From the NCBI GenBank assembly GCA_028709305.1, contig JAQVXE010000003.1, positions 1 through 61,765 on the forward strand: a DNA stretch of 61,765 nucleotides, written 5' to 3'. Each line of letters begins with the position of its first letter. Within the stretch, counting starts at the first letter, position 1. Under the pieces are notes generated by a model. It was not told where the DNA came from, did no database searches, and worked only from the letters and a program-made list of their open reading frames with translations. The DNA is from Bacillota bacterium (GTDB lineage Bacteria > Bacillota > DTU025). Of the stretch, positions 29,536-39,840 are shown piece by piece. The translations under genes and the position numbers were made by a program.

Positions 29536-30444
29536 CTAGCTGCTCGCGCTAGAATACCGCCTGAGAGAAAGCAGCCAGAAGGCTCTGCCCAGAACCAGGA
29601 ATACAGCTGTGACTGCCAGGGCCGAGGCTACGCCGTTGAGGCTAGCCGTACCCAGCAGGACTGAAGCAGGCACATTGGCAACGACTGCAACAGGAACGAT
29701 GAATGTAAAGACGAATCTGGCGGCGCCTTTGAATATGTCGGCTGGATACTGGCTGATCGTGAAGAAGTCGAGGAACAGGTAGTACAAGGCCTCAATCCGC
29801 GTTGCCCAAAACGATATGGTCATGATGATCAAACCCGCAGCATACTTCAGCAACACTGCAGCCAGCACCAGCACGATGTACAGAGCCCAGTGCCATCCGC
29901 GCGCAACCTGCCCCATCCCGGCCCAAGAGCGCTCAACTACAATCACAGCCATGGCAAGACTGAACACTGCGTCATAGTTTATCCGCCTCAGCGAGACGAA
30001 GAACTGCGCGTCTATGGGCTTTGTGAGCAGTATGTCGAGATCGCCACGTTCAACGTACCACGAGAGATACTCGATCCCGGTGAAAAACATCAGGTAAATG
30101 CTGTTTACAAGCTGATAAGTTCCTACAAGAAACAGGGCCTGCGGAAGAGTCCAACCCGGAATCACGAGCTGGTTTGCGTAGATAATCGCAAAAAATGCCA
30201 GCATGAACCCGAACTCGGCGAGGTTGCCGAGCATTCTGATAAAGAAGCCGGCCCTGAACTGGATGTCTCTGAGAAATTGATACCTGGCAAATATCCTGAT
30301 CAGCCTACATTCTCGTCCCAACAAGTCCCCCGCCCCCCAAGCCAGATATGTCAACGGACAAGAGATTAGCCTCCGTACGCCGCATATCGTTTGGTTCCCC
30401 TGTTCCACATCACCCTGCATAAGACGGCAGTAACCATAATCCAC
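29536..30444 (-). CDS. ABC-2 family transporter permease (second permease of a three-gene exporter)
   Basis: Polytopic membrane protein encoded downstream of a paralogous permease and an ATPase. The ORF-track start overlaps the upstream gene by 79 nt, so the real start is probably further downstream. Confidence 0.7.
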   Translation of the reverse strand: MDYGYCRLMQGDVEQGNQTICGVRRLISCPLTYLAWGAGDLLGRECRLIRIFARYQFLRDIQFRAGFFIRMLGNLAEFGFMLAFFAIIYANQLVIPGWTLPQALFLVGTYQLVNSIYLMFFTGIEYLSWYVERGDLDILLTKPIDAQFFVSLRRINYDAVFSLAMAVIVVERSWAGMGQVARGWHWALYIVLVLAAVLLKYAAGLIIMTISFWATRIEALYYLFLDFFTISQYPADIFKGAARFVFTFIVPVAVVANVPASVLLGTASLNGVASALAVTAVFLVLGRAFWLLSLRRYSSASS

Positions 30445-31160
30445 ACAGCCATTAGCCCAAGCCCTGCCCTAACTTGGGCTGGAGCCAGCCTCTCCAGGTA
30501 TATGTCCAGTTGGAAGCTGAGCATGTACCTGTATGGCAAAACGCCTGCAACCCGCCTTACTGCCGATGGCATGAGGTCCAGAGGAATCAATGCCCCTGAC
30601 AGGATGGTTCCAACAAGCTCCTGAATCCTGAGGATTCCGCAAACATCCTCGATCCAGAATGCAGCAAGGCACAGGCACGTCCCAAAGAAAAACCCGAGGA
30701 CAGCCCCGCCGAAAACGCTGAGGATGAAGTAGGCCCAGTAGGCCGGAGACCTCAGAAGGATCATCTCGTCCCAGAAGAGCACCGCAAAGCCTGCCGTAAG
30801 AACCGCAGCGAACAGGCCGTAAATCAGGTTGTTGGCGAACATGGAGACGAAGTAATATCTGACATAGTCGATTGGCCTGAGCAAAAAGAAATTGAGCTCG
30901 CCTGTCTTGATGTTGTCGCCTATCTCCCGCCAAACTACCTGTGGTATAGCCTGGATGAGGAATCGGCTCAGCACGTAATACGTTCCAAGGCTTGCAAGGT
31001 CATACCCTGCTATCTGCCCCGACTCGCCGAACACTGCCCTCCATAGGTACATGATCCCCACTACAGGCAGGATGAAGCTTATGATGCTTATCAACCAGTT
31101 CGCCCTGTATTCAGCTGAAGACTGTATGGTGTTTTTGATGACTATGAGGTATTTCCGCAC
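30366..31160 (-). CDS. ABC-2 family transporter permease
   Basis: 264 aa with six TM segments. Its start overlaps the stop of the ATPase gene by 1 nt. Confidence 0.75.
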   Translation of the reverse strand: MRKYLIVIKNTIQSSAEYRANWLISIISFILPVVGIMYLWRAVFGESGQIAGYDLASLGTYYVLSRFLIQAIPQVVWREIGDNIKTGELNFFLLRPIDYVRYYFVSMFANNLIYGLFAAVLTAGFAVLFWDEMILLRSPAYWAYFILSVFGGAVLGFFFGTCLCLAAFWIEDVCGILRIQELVGTILSGALIPLDLMPSAVRRVAGVLPYRYMLSFQLDIYLERLAPAQVRAGLGLMAVWIMVTAVLCRVMWNRGTKRYAAYGG

Positions 31161-32203
31161 TATCCATCACCCCGCACAGCCTCCGCGGCGCTCCGCACCC
31201 CAGCAGATGGCTGCTGACCGCTCCAGACCTGTTCCACTATTTCTTCGAGCCCCGGTTCCTCAACTGTAAGATCTTCAACGATCTCCAGCGAAAGAGCCGC
31301 CTGGCACGCATCCCGCGCCACGCTCTTTTGAAGCTTCAGACGCATATGCCCTAGATCCATCTCCTCAACCTCGCCGAACTGCCTCAGGACGGCTTTGCAC
31401 TCTTCAATGTTGGCTGCGCCTGCATAGGCAGGAAGCTTCACCGTGATCCACTTGTAGGGGAGCAGCGAATCCAGGAGGTCGGGCACCTTGTCGTCTGCGA
31501 TCAGAACACCCTGATGTATCATTATCACCCTGTCGCAGAGTTTCTGGATATCAGCCATGTTGTGGCTTGTAAGCAGAATCGTAGTCCCCTCAGCGCAATT
31601 GATTTCCTGCAGGAATTCCCTTATGGCCCGCTGCGACGGAACGTCTAGCCCGATGGTGGGCTCGTCCAGAAAAACAACCTTTGGCCTGTGGAGAAGCGCC
31701 GCGATGAGCTCGCATTTCATCCGCTCTCCCAATGAGAGGCTCCTCACCTGGATCCCGAGGAGATGCGAGACGTTGAGCGGCCCTGCCATTCGGTCGAGTC
31801 TACGCCTGAAGATGTCATCGGGGATGCGATACATCTCCTTTACCAGGCGGAAGTATTCCATTGCCGGCAGCTCCCACGTAAGCTGATTCTTTTGCCCCAT
31901 TACCAGCGATATCTGGGACAGAAAGTCATGTTCGCGTCGTGCGGGGTCATGCCCCATGACTCTGGCCGTGCCCGCTGTGGGATACAAAATCCCCGCCAGC
32001 ATCTTGAGGGTCGTAGTTTTGCCGGCGCCGTTGGGGCCTATGAATCCTACGAATTCGCCCTGAGCGATGTCGAAGCTGATGCCCCGCACGGCCTCAATAG
32101 ATGTGTGCTCGCGCGCAAACAAGCTTTTCAGCGCCCCTCTAAGCCCTGGGTCACGACGGTGAATGAAGTATGTTTTTGAGAGATCGTGCACTTCTATGGC
32201 CAC
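31160..32203 (-). CDS. ABC transporter ATP-binding protein
   Basis: Walker A GPNGAGKTT, signature LSLGERMK and Walker B VVFLDEPTIGLD. GTG start after GAGGAGGGG. Confidence 0.9.
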   Translation of the reverse strand: MAIEVHDLSKTYFIHRRDPGLRGALKSLFAREHTSIEAVRGISFDIAQGEFVGFIGPNGAGKTTTLKMLAGILYPTAGTARVMGHDPARREHDFLSQISLVMGQKNQLTWELPAMEYFRLVKEMYRIPDDIFRRRLDRMAGPLNVSHLLGIQVRSLSLGERMKCELIAALLHRPKVVFLDEPTIGLDVPSQRAIREFLQEINCAEGTTILLTSHNMADIQKLCDRVIMIHQGVLIADDKVPDLLDSLLPYKWITVKLPAYAGAANIEECKAVLRQFGEVEEMDLGHMRLKLQKSVARDACQAALSLEIVEDLTVEEPGLEEIVEQVWSGQQPSAGVRSAAEAVRGDG

Positions 32204-32534
32204 TTCAACCCCTCCTCATACTTGGCAAACGAGCGTAGCCAGTCGCAGAGAAGGCCACATACAGCCAAATGCAGACGCGGAGGGCAACAGGTCGAGCACA
32301 ACTCCATCTCCCCCAACTTACGATTCTGGAAATGGCCTTAGCCTGCTCCATACTTAAGGTCAACGAGGAACATCATACCATGATATCGTCTAGTTGAAAA
32401 TGAAAACCTTGCCTCACACAACGCAAACCTGAACCATCGCCTTCGATCTCTGATGCAACCGTTCTGCAAATCTCATGCTACGTTCGCAGGGCCAATACGA
32501 TCCGATATCGCCCAAGTAGGCTGAATGCCCTCAG

Positions 32535-32609
32535 TTCACACATATTTAACTTCGCGGTCGCCTTTGTTAACATCTCTTTCATTCAAGGTCAATCCCTGAC
32601 CTCCATAAT
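32535..32609 (+). promoter_or_regulatory. Pho-box-like direct repeats plus -10 upstream of pstS
   Basis: Hexamers TTCACA (32535), TTAACT (32546), GTCGCC (32557), TTAACA (32567), TTCATT (32578) and TCAATC (32589) recur at 10-11-bp phasing. They are followed by CATAAT (32604-32609). This is the pattern expected for PhoP/PhoB-activated promoters. Confidence 0.55.
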
Positions 32610-32645
32610 CAAGCTAAACAGCAAATGCAAGGAGGGTTATCAGAG

Positions 32646-33566
32646 ATGAAAACCAATCACAACAAGTCCACCGCCCGCAGACCATCAAAGGCTCAGACAT
32701 CTTTCATAAGGGCTGCATGCGGAAGCGCCCTCACCCTGCTGCTCGTCTGCGCAGTGGCGCTCGGCGCATCGGCAGCACCGACCAGGGGGCAAGTGACTGT
32801 GCAAGGCTCGACTACCGTCCTTCCGTTTGTCCAAAGGACCGCGGAAGAGTTCATGTTGAAGAACCCGTCGGTATCTATCTCTGTTAGGGGAGGCGGATCC
32901 GGCAACGGAATTGCGGCCCTGATAGACTCCACTGTCGACATAGCAATGTCCTCAAGGTTCATCAAGCCTGACGAAGTCAAGAGGGCTAAAGCCAATAGAG
33001 TCTCACCCGTCTCGTTCAAGATAGCGCTTGACGGAATAGCAGTAATCGTCAATCCGAGTAACTCAGTAAGCAGGCTCTCCCTGAGTCAACTGAAAGCCGT
33101 ATACACCGGGCGGATTACCAACTGGAAGCAGCTAGGCGGGCCCGACAGGGCGATCGTTCCCATATCGCGGGATTCCAGTTCCGGCACGTTCGAAGTCTTC
33201 TCGACTATCGCTCTCGGCGGCGCTCGAGTCACTCCAGACGCTCTACTGCAGGCCTCGAACGGTGCCGTCGCTGATATCGTGTCAAGAACACCTGGGGCCG
33301 TGGGGTACGTCGGGATCGGACATCTCTCCTCAAGAGTGAAAGCGATCCAAGTCCGAACTGAAGACCCGGACAGCTCCTATGTTACGCCATCTTACGCATC
33401 AGTCCAGTCAGGCAAATATCCTATGGCAAGGGAGCTGTTCGTCTTCACGAACGGATCTCCCGCAGGCGCCGTGCTTGAGTTCATCGACTTTATGATGAGT
33501 CCTGAGGGACAGAAGCTTGCTGAAGAAGAGGGCTTCGTCCCTATCATGCCTATTGGACAACAGTGA
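32646..33566 (+). CDS. pstS: phosphate ABC transporter substrate-binding protein
   Basis: Signal anchor, then GSTTVLPF, RGGGSGNGI and SRDSSSGT motifs. ATG at 32646 follows AAGGAGGG. Confidence 0.9.
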   Translation: MKTNHNKSTARRPSKAQTSFIRAACGSALTLLLVCAVALGASAAPTRGQVTVQGSTTVLPFVQRTAEEFMLKNPSVSISVRGGGSGNGIAALIDSTVDIAMSSRFIKPDEVKRAKANRVSPVSFKIALDGIAVIVNPSNSVSRLSLSQLKAVYTGRITNWKQLGGPDRAIVPISRDSSSGTFEVFSTIALGGARVTPDALLQASNGAVADIVSRTPGAVGYVGIGHLSSRVKAIQVRTEDPDSSYVTPSYASVQSGKYPMARELFVFTNGSPAGAVLEFIDFMMSPEGQKLAEEEGFVPIMPIGQQ

Positions 33567-34474
33567 ACATCTTGGGGGAACGCACATTGAAACGAACAAG
33601 ATCACATCTCTCTGATACAACGACAAGGATGATACTGGCTGCAGCCGCATTCTCATCCCTCGCTTTTCTAGCCGGCATTCTCGTGGTTCTGTTCCGCGAG
33701 GCATTGCCGGCACTGCGCCAGATCGGGTTTGTTGAGTTGATCACCGGTACCGACTGGTATCCTACCTATCGCCCACCATCATTCGGGGCCGCGCCCCTGA
33801 TTGCTTCCTCGATCCAGGTGACTGTAGGCGCAATGATCGTAGCAGTCCCGCTTGGGCTGGCGTCCGCCCTATTCATGTCAGAGGCAATGCCGGCGCGAGC
33901 TCGGAACATAATCAAACCCGTTGTAGAACTTCTGGCAGGGCTCCCCTCCGTGGTTTATGGCCTGTTTGGAATGGAATTGGTCGCGCCCCTGATAATGCAG
34001 GCCTTCGACCTGCCTACCGGACTCACGGCCCTTTCCGCCTCCATAGTGCTGGGCATCATGGCCCTGCCGACCGTGACCAGTGTAGCGGAGGACGCGTTGT
34101 CTGCTGTCCCCAGTGCCTGCAAGGAGGCCTCCACAGCCCTTGGCGCAACACGTTGGGAGACTGCAAGCAAAGTAGTGATGCCTGCCGCATCATCCGGGAT
34201 AATTACCGCGGTCTTGCTCGGGGTGAGCCGCGCAATCGGCGAGACCATGGCAGTCCTTATGGTTGCCGGAGGAGCAATCAGGATGCCAAGCTCTTTCCTT
34301 CAGCCTGTCAGGCCTATCACTGCTGCAATCGCCGCCGAGATGGGTGAAGCCCCCGTCGGAAGCATGCATTACCATGCCCTATTTGCCCTCGCAGTCATCC
34401 TGTTCCTTTCAACCCTGGCATTTAACGCCACAGCAAATGCACTGAAAAACAAGTTCAAAGCAAAGGTGGAATAA
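33563..34474 (+). CDS. pstC: phosphate ABC transporter permease PstC
   Basis: 303-aa polytopic protein with the EAA-loop region EASTALGATRWE. It overlaps the pstS end by 4 nt. Confidence 0.9.
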   Translation: MNILGERTLKRTRSHLSDTTTRMILAAAAFSSLAFLAGILVVLFREALPALRQIGFVELITGTDWYPTYRPPSFGAAPLIASSIQVTVGAMIVAVPLGLASALFMSEAMPARARNIIKPVVELLAGLPSVVYGLFGMELVAPLIMQAFDLPTGLTALSASIVLGIMALPTVTSVAEDALSAVPSACKEASTALGATRWETASKVVMPAASSGIITAVLLGVSRAIGETMAVLMVAGGAIRMPSSFLQPVRPITAAIAAEMGEAPVGSMHYHALFALAVILFLSTLAFNATANALKNKFKAKVE

Positions 34475-34476
34475 GC

Positions 34477-35412
34477 ATGAAGCCAGCGGAATCATCCAAA
34501 TCCAATCTTATCGCCCCCGTCCACAGGCTTGCGAGGCCAACGATCAGATCACGTATGTCCGTCCTGCACAGGCGCAAGGCGCGTCAGGCTGTGATGTTCG
34601 GGCTTACGGGTGCGTCCCTGGTCCTAACGATCGGATTCCTCACCCTGCTCCTCGGTTTCGTCGCCCAACGTGCGCTGCCCGTTATGAGCTGGGAGTTCAT
34701 CTCCCAAATGCCAAGAAGGGGGATGACCGAAGGCGGCATCCTTCCTGCTATCCTCGGCACAGTTTACCTGGTGGCAGGCTCCGTATCAGTAGCGTCAATC
34801 CTCGGAACAGCAACCGCAATATACCTGACGGAATACGCGCAGCAGGGGCCAATCGTGAAGTTCATAAGAGCAGGCGTAAACAACTTGGCAGGAGTCCCTT
34901 CAGTAGTCTTCGGCCTCTTCGGCCTGGCAGTCTTCGTGAAGCTCTTCGGCCTGGGGGTGTCAATTCTCTCGGGCTCCCTGACGCTGGCAGTAGTGATTCT
35001 CCCCACGATCATCAGATCGGCCGAAGAGGCTCTTCTGGCTGTACCCAAGTCATACAGGGAAGCCTCCCTCGCCCTAGGCGCAACCGAATGGCAGACAGTT
35101 CGATACGCCGTGCTGCCATCAGCGATTCCGGGAATCCTGACCGGGTGCATACTCGCAGTCTCGCGTGCAGCAGGCGAAACAGCACCGATCATGCTCACTG
35201 CTGCGACATTCTTCACAGCCCGCCTACCCCAATCCATGCTCGATGAGGTCCAAGCCCTCGCCTACCACATCTTCGCCCTCGTAACCGAAGGCACACACCC
35301 AGAGGCGCAAAAATCAATAGCATTCGGCGCAGCCTTCGTGCTGCTTGCAATCGTCATCTTGCTAAACCTTTCGGCCATCATCGTCAGGGCCCAGCACGGG
35401 AAGAAAGAGTGA
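34477..35412 (+). CDS. pstA: phosphate ABC transporter permease PstA
   Basis: 311 aa with EASLALGATEWQT and SRAAGETAP motifs. Confidence 0.9.
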   Translation: MKPAESSKSNLIAPVHRLARPTIRSRMSVLHRRKARQAVMFGLTGASLVLTIGFLTLLLGFVAQRALPVMSWEFISQMPRRGMTEGGILPAILGTVYLVAGSVSVASILGTATAIYLTEYAQQGPIVKFIRAGVNNLAGVPSVVFGLFGLAVFVKLFGLGVSILSGSLTLAVVILPTIIRSAEEALLAVPKSYREASLALGATEWQTVRYAVLPSAIPGILTGCILAVSRAAGETAPIMLTAATFFTARLPQSMLDEVQALAYHIFALVTEGTHPEAQKSIAFGAAFVLLAIVILLNLSAIIVRAQHGKKE

Positions 35413-35435
35413 TAACGAAGGTAGACATGGTAATG

Positions 35436-35484
35436 CCCCGGCCAGCTGGGCTAGATGCCGTCAGCATGCCAGGGGCTTATTTGC
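35436..35484 (+). terminator. terminator after pstA
   Basis: GCCCCGG...CCAGGGGC hairpin followed by TTATTTG, in the 116-nt gap between the convergent pstA and phoU. Confidence 0.5.
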
Positions 35485-35528
35485 ACCACAGCCGGCGCCG
35501 ATTCTGCTCTGCTGATGGTGTTATTGTG

Positions 35529-36185
35529 TCAGTACTTCTCCCTCTCCCCGGTAACCATATAGATCACGCGCTCGCCAATGTTGGTGGCGTGGTCGGCGAT
35601 GCGTTCCAAGAACCGCGCCACAAAGAGCAGATTGACTGCCTGAGCACTCATCCTCTCGTCTCGGCCGTGGACTGTGAGCTCCATCAGTTCGTCAAAGAGC
35701 GCTTGGTAAGTGCGGTCGACTGCATCGTCGTTCCGGCACGTCTGCCGCGCAAGGTCCACATCGCGACGGACAAACGCGTCAAGGCACCCCGAAATCATCC
35801 TTTGGGCCGAATCTGCCATCTCAGGTATGTCTACCAAGGGCTTTATCAAAGGCGCCTTTCCTATTCTCAGCACTATCTCGCTCACATTTACTGCGTGGTC
35901 ACCCATGCGCTCCAGATCGGTGGCGATTGAGATAGCCGTGGCCACAAGACGCAAGTCTCTTGCCAAAGGCTGCTGAAGTGCCAAAAGGTTCAAACATCGC
36001 CCTTCTATGGCGAGGCCAATTTCGTCCACTACAGCATCATTGGCTGCCACCTTACGAGCCAAGTCCATATCTTTTGTCGCCAACGCCTCAACGGACAGCC
36101 GGACCGCCTCTTCGACCATGCTGCCCATTGTTAAAATCTCCTCGTTGAGCGCATCCAATTCTCTTTGATACTCCCGCCTGCTCAT
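35529..36185 (-). CDS. phoU: phosphate signalling complex protein PhoU
   Basis: 218 aa with a duplicated PhoU repeat containing the ERMGDHAVN and ERIADHATN motifs. Confidence 0.95.
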   Translation of the reverse strand: MSRREYQRELDALNEEILTMGSMVEEAVRLSVEALATKDMDLARKVAANDAVVDEIGLAIEGRCLNLLALQQPLARDLRLVATAISIATDLERMGDHAVNVSEIVLRIGKAPLIKPLVDIPEMADSAQRMISGCLDAFVRRDVDLARQTCRNDDAVDRTYQALFDELMELTVHGRDERMSAQAVNLLFVARFLERIADHATNIGERVIYMVTGEREKY

Positions 36186-36196
36186 TATGGCACCCC

Positions 36197-37045
36197 CTAT
36201 CCGAAACGTCCCGTGATGTAGTCCTCAGTACGTTTGTCACGGGGATTCTCGAAGATATCAGAAGTCCTGCTGAACTCTATCAACTGTCCCGACAAGAAGA
36301 AACCGGCCTTATCCGATATCCGTGCAGCTTGCTGCATATTATGGGTGACTATCACTATGGAATAGTCCTTCTTGAGCTCGATTATTAAATCTTCTATGTT
36401 TGCCGTGGAGATGGGATCCAACGCAGAACAGGGCTCATCCATGAGAAGAACCTCCGGCTGCACAGCCAAGACCCGTGCAATGCAAAGCCTCTGCTGTTGA
36501 CCGCCGGAAAGGCGTAGCGCAGGCCCTTTCAACCTGTCTTTCACCTCATCCCAGAGCGCCGCCGCCCTAAGGCTACGCTCGACTCTCTCTGCCAGAGCAG
36601 CCCCACTTGCCATCCTGTGGATCCTCGGCCCATAGGCAACATTGTCAAACACCGACATTGGAAATGGATTCGGACGTTGAAATACCATGCCGACTCTTTT
36701 TCGAAACAAGACCAAATCTACTCCTGGAGCATAGATATCCTCTCCCTCAATGGCCACCCTACCCTCGACTCTGAAATTGGGGACGAGGTCGTTCATGCGA
36801 TTCAGGGTTCTCAGGAAAGTAGACTTGCCGCAACCTGAAGGGCCGATAAGCGCGGTAACGCTGTTGGCATCGATGGAAATGGATATGTCTGCAAGAGCTT
36901 GGAAGGATCCATAGAAAGCGTTTAGAGACGTGGTCTGGATCGCAGGACGCTCGGAAACTACAGCCTTCGGCAGGGCTTCTCCATTCTCAGCTTGCACCAC
37001 CTTTGCTGCCACAGGCAATTCATCCAATTTAATGTTCACACTCAA
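36197..37045 (-). CDS. pstB: phosphate ABC transporter ATP-binding protein
   Basis: Walker [23 protein letters not shown] and [12 protein letters not shown]. The C-terminal end ITGRFG is typical of PstB. Confidence 0.95.
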   Translation of the reverse strand: MSVNIKLDELPVAAKVVQAENGEALPKAVVSERPAIQTTSLNAFYGSFQALADISISIDANSVTALIGPSGCGKSTFLRTLNRMNDLVPNFRVEGRVAIEGEDIYAPGVDLVLFRKRVGMVFQRPNPFPMSVFDNVAYGPRIHRMASGAALAERVERSLRAAALWDEVKDRLKGPALRLSGGQQQRLCIARVLAVQPEVLLMDEPCSALDPISTANIEDLIIELKKDYSIVIVTHNMQQAARISDKAGFFLSGQLIEFSRTSDIFENPRDKRTEDYITGRFG

Positions 37046-37143
37046 ACTCCCCCTTTGCCTTTCCCTACATAGATTGTGGCACGGGAATGCTGACTGAGTG
37101 TGTTTTCAGTATGAACACTTGTTATTGGCCTGTTAAATCATTG

Positions 37144-38919
37144 TTAAGACCCGTAAGATACAGGCAGCGTGAACGAGAATGTAGATCCCTTTCCCAGACA
37201 GCTCTCGGCAGATACTTCGCCACCATGGAGCTCCACGATGTGACGTACTATAGAAAGCCCGAGTCCCGTCCCTCCCATCTGGCGGGAGCGTGACCGGTCA
37301 GCACGGTAGAACCGCTCGAATATCCTTGGCAGATGCTCAGGCGCAATACCCACACCGGTATCAGTCACTGAAACCTTCACTACATCGCCCTCTACCGACG
37401 CGGTAGCGACGACAGTACCCCCCCTGGGAGTGTACTTCACTGCGTTGTCTAGGAGATTCACGATTACCTGAATGATCAACCCCCGGTCTCCAGCGACTTC
37501 AGGAAGGCCAACTGGAAGTCTATCCACTATCTCTACTCCTGCGGAGACTGCCTTGGCGCAGACTGCCTCAATAGAAGCCCCCACTGCATCGGCCAGCTCC
37601 ACAGAGCTGCGCAGGATTTGGGTTTCCTTCGATTCCAGCCTCGAAAGTTCCAAGAGGTCGGCAATGATCTCGGCCAACCGGTCTGCCTCCCGGGCAATCA
37701 CTCTGAGGAACCTCTCCCGAGTCTCACTCTCGTCCATTGCGCCATCCAAAAGCGTATCGGCGAATCCCTTGATGGAAGTGACCGGCGTTCTAAGCTCGTG
37801 CGAAACATTGGCCACGAAATCCTGACGGACCTGCTCCAGCTTCCGAAGCTCTGTGACGTCCTGAAGCACAGCCACGGCGCCTGCCGCCCCGCGCCCCGCC
37901 CCGTCGGCAATGGGTGCAGCGCTTATCCTCAGGTGCATATGTAGTGGAGAGAAGATCCTGGTTTCTCTCACGTTGCCGCTGCCGTGCACAGCATCCTCAA
38001 GCGATTCGGCCAAATCGCGGTTGCGGACGACCTCCAGGAGAAATCTGCCCACCGCATGCTCCTCAGAGGTATCGAACATCTCGCAAGCCGCCCTGTTCAC
38101 CAGGATTATCTTGCGAAAGCTGTCCACTGCAACAACGCCATCAGCCATCGCAGAGAGAATCGTCTCCATCCTACCCTTTCTCTCCGACAGCTCGCCCACA
38201 TTCTGTTCCAGCTCAGTAACCATGTAATTGAACGCATCTGACAACTGCCCGAGCTCATCGTTGCCCTGCGCCGGCATTCGAGCGGTGAAGTCGCCATGGG
38301 CAATCTCTCGCGCCGCCAGGGCCATGTCATTCAGTGGCCTGCCAATGCTCTGTGAAAGCGCAACGCTGAGCATTGTCCCGGCTGCAGCTGCGATAATGGC
38401 GGCGTTCGCCATGAATTTCCTGATCGTCCCGGCAGATCTCTCGATGTCAGCGAGGGACATAGCCAGCCTCACGTAGCCCATCATTTCCCCGCCTGCACCA
38501 ACAACCGGCATAGCCACGTATCTCAGCTTAGCGTCGAGGCTGGTGCTGTACCGAGTTGTTAAGCCCACGCCCACGCTGTGAGCTTCTATGATCTCAGGAC
38601 GATCCCCATGGTTCTCCATAGATCTAAAATCGCTTTCCGAATCGCCTATGACACTTCCATCCAATGAGATAACAGTGACTCTGAGGCCCGTCTTGCGGCC
38701 TAACTCCTGCGCAAGAGTGTCGACATCTCCTGCTCGATCCAGCTCACCCCGGATAACTTCAGCAGCCAAGGTGACATAGGTTGAGAGTTCATCATCTAGC
38801 CTGGAGACGAAATGCCGTTGAATAGCACCCGAAAGATAGGCGCTTATCAACAAGAGCGACACCGCCGCCACCAGCAAGTACGTAGCAGCAAGTCGCTGGC
38901 GGTAGCCTAGACGGATCAT
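37144..38919 (-). CDS. phoR: PhoR-type sensor histidine kinase (TM, HAMP, PAS, HisKA, HATPase)
   Basis: 591 aa with the H-box FVANVSHELRTPVTS, the N-box LLDNAVKYTP and the G-boxes DTGVGI and GGTGLGLSIV. It lies between a PhoB-type regulator gene and pstB. Confidence 0.8.
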   Translation of the reverse strand: MIRLGYRQRLAATYLLVAAVSLLLISAYLSGAIQRHFVSRLDDELSTYVTLAAEVIRGELDRAGDVDTLAQELGRKTGLRVTVISLDGSVIGDSESDFRSMENHGDRPEIIEAHSVGVGLTTRYSTSLDAKLRYVAMPVVGAGGEMMGYVRLAMSLADIERSAGTIRKFMANAAIIAAAAGTMLSVALSQSIGRPLNDMALAAREIAHGDFTARMPAQGNDELGQLSDAFNYMVTELEQNVGELSERKGRMETILSAMADGVVAVDSFRKIILVNRAACEMFDTSEEHAVGRFLLEVVRNRDLAESLEDAVHGSGNVRETRIFSPLHMHLRISAAPIADGAGRGAAGAVAVLQDVTELRKLEQVRQDFVANVSHELRTPVTSIKGFADTLLDGAMDESETRERFLRVIAREADRLAEIIADLLELSRLESKETQILRSSVELADAVGASIEAVCAKAVSAGVEIVDRLPVGLPEVAGDRGLIIQVIVNLLDNAVKYTPRGGTVVATASVEGDVVKVSVTDTGVGIAPEHLPRIFERFYRADRSRSRQMGGTGLGLSIVRHIVELHGGEVSAESCLGKGSTFSFTLPVSYGS

Positions 38920-38979
38920 CTGGTTGAGCCTCCTCAGCGAAAAGCCAGCAATGTTTTGAACAGCCAGGCAGGTGGGGGA

Positions 38980-39690
38980 TTATGGCTTTTCGCAAACATG
39001 CTGGAACCTGTACCCCACACCATGCACTGTCTGTATGTAGACTGGGTTGGAATCGTCTTCCTCGATTTTCTGCCTTAGCCGCCTTATGTGAACGTCTACA
39101 GTGCGCGTGCTGCCCGGGTAGGCGTATCCCCATACCTTCTCCAAGATTAGCTCACGCGTCAGCACTCTACCACTGTTGGACGCAAGCAAGTAAAGCAGTT
39201 CGAATTCTTTGGGAGTAAAGTCCATGCTCTTACCCCTGACTTGCACCTGGTAAGTATCGGGATCTATCACCAGGTCCCCCGTGCGTATCCGTGCGCATGT
39301 AGGCTCGCCCTCGCATTCCAGATTCATGTTCTGCCTGCGCAATACCGCTTTCACTCTAGCAACAAGCTCTCGGATGCTAAAGGGTTTTGTGACATAATCA
39401 TCCGCCCCAACCGAAAGCCCCAAAACCTTGTCAAACTCCTCGCCTTTAGCCGTAAGCATTATTATCGGGACCGAGCTCTCCCTCCGCACAGCCTGGCAAA
39501 CCTCGATGCCGTCAATTCCCGGAAGCATAAGGTCGAGTATGATCAGGTCGGGCGATTCTGCGCGAACGACACGCAGAGCCTCTACTCCGTCATAGGCCTC
39601 AACGACCTCGTACCCTTCCTTTTCGAGATTGAAGCGAATCAGCTCGACAATGGAGGCTTCATCGTCGACTACAAGGACTTTGCGCAGCAT
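38980..39690 (-). CDS. phoB: PhoB/PhoP (OmpR-family) response regulator
   Basis: Receiver domain (VLVVDDE..DLIILDLMLPG..MLTAKG) plus a winged-helix domain (LTPKEFELLYLLASN..VDVHIRRLRQKIE). ATG at 39690 follows TAGGAGGT. Confidence 0.85.
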   Translation of the reverse strand: MLRKVLVVDDEASIVELIRFNLEKEGYEVVEAYDGVEALRVVRAESPDLIILDLMLPGIDGIEVCQAVRRESSVPIIMLTAKGEEFDKVLGLSVGADDYVTKPFSIRELVARVKAVLRRQNMNLECEGEPTCARIRTGDLVIDPDTYQVQVRGKSMDFTPKEFELLYLLASNSGRVLTRELILEKVWGYAYPGSTRTVDVHIRRLRQKIEEDDSNPVYIQTVHGVGYRFQHVCEKP

Positions 39691-39725
39691 ATAGACGTAC
39701 CTCCTAGCAGGCATCTACACAGACG

Positions 39726-39734
39726 ATTATATCA
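39726..39734 (-). promoter_or_regulatory. extended -10 element upstream of the response regulator gene
   Basis: TGATATAAT on the minus strand, about 35 nt upstream of the ATG. No good -35 is present. Confidence 0.4.
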
Positions 39735-39840
39735 CTCATACACAATCAATTCCCCTGTCGAACTGGAAGGCAGATGAAGCATGTTGGTAAACCCCGCAAT
39801 GGAGTGGGCTGGTCCTGCAAGTCCCAGGACTGCTCCATCC

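Noticed and set aside
39781-39840. Hairpin GGAGCAGTCCTGGGACTTGCAGGACCAGCCCACTCC as a candidate group II intron domain V
   Set aside because: It has a 7-nt loop instead of GNRA, the wrong stem and bulge geometry, no following domain VI with a bulged A, and it lies outside the repeat arm. It is more likely a stem-loop in the phoB upstream region.
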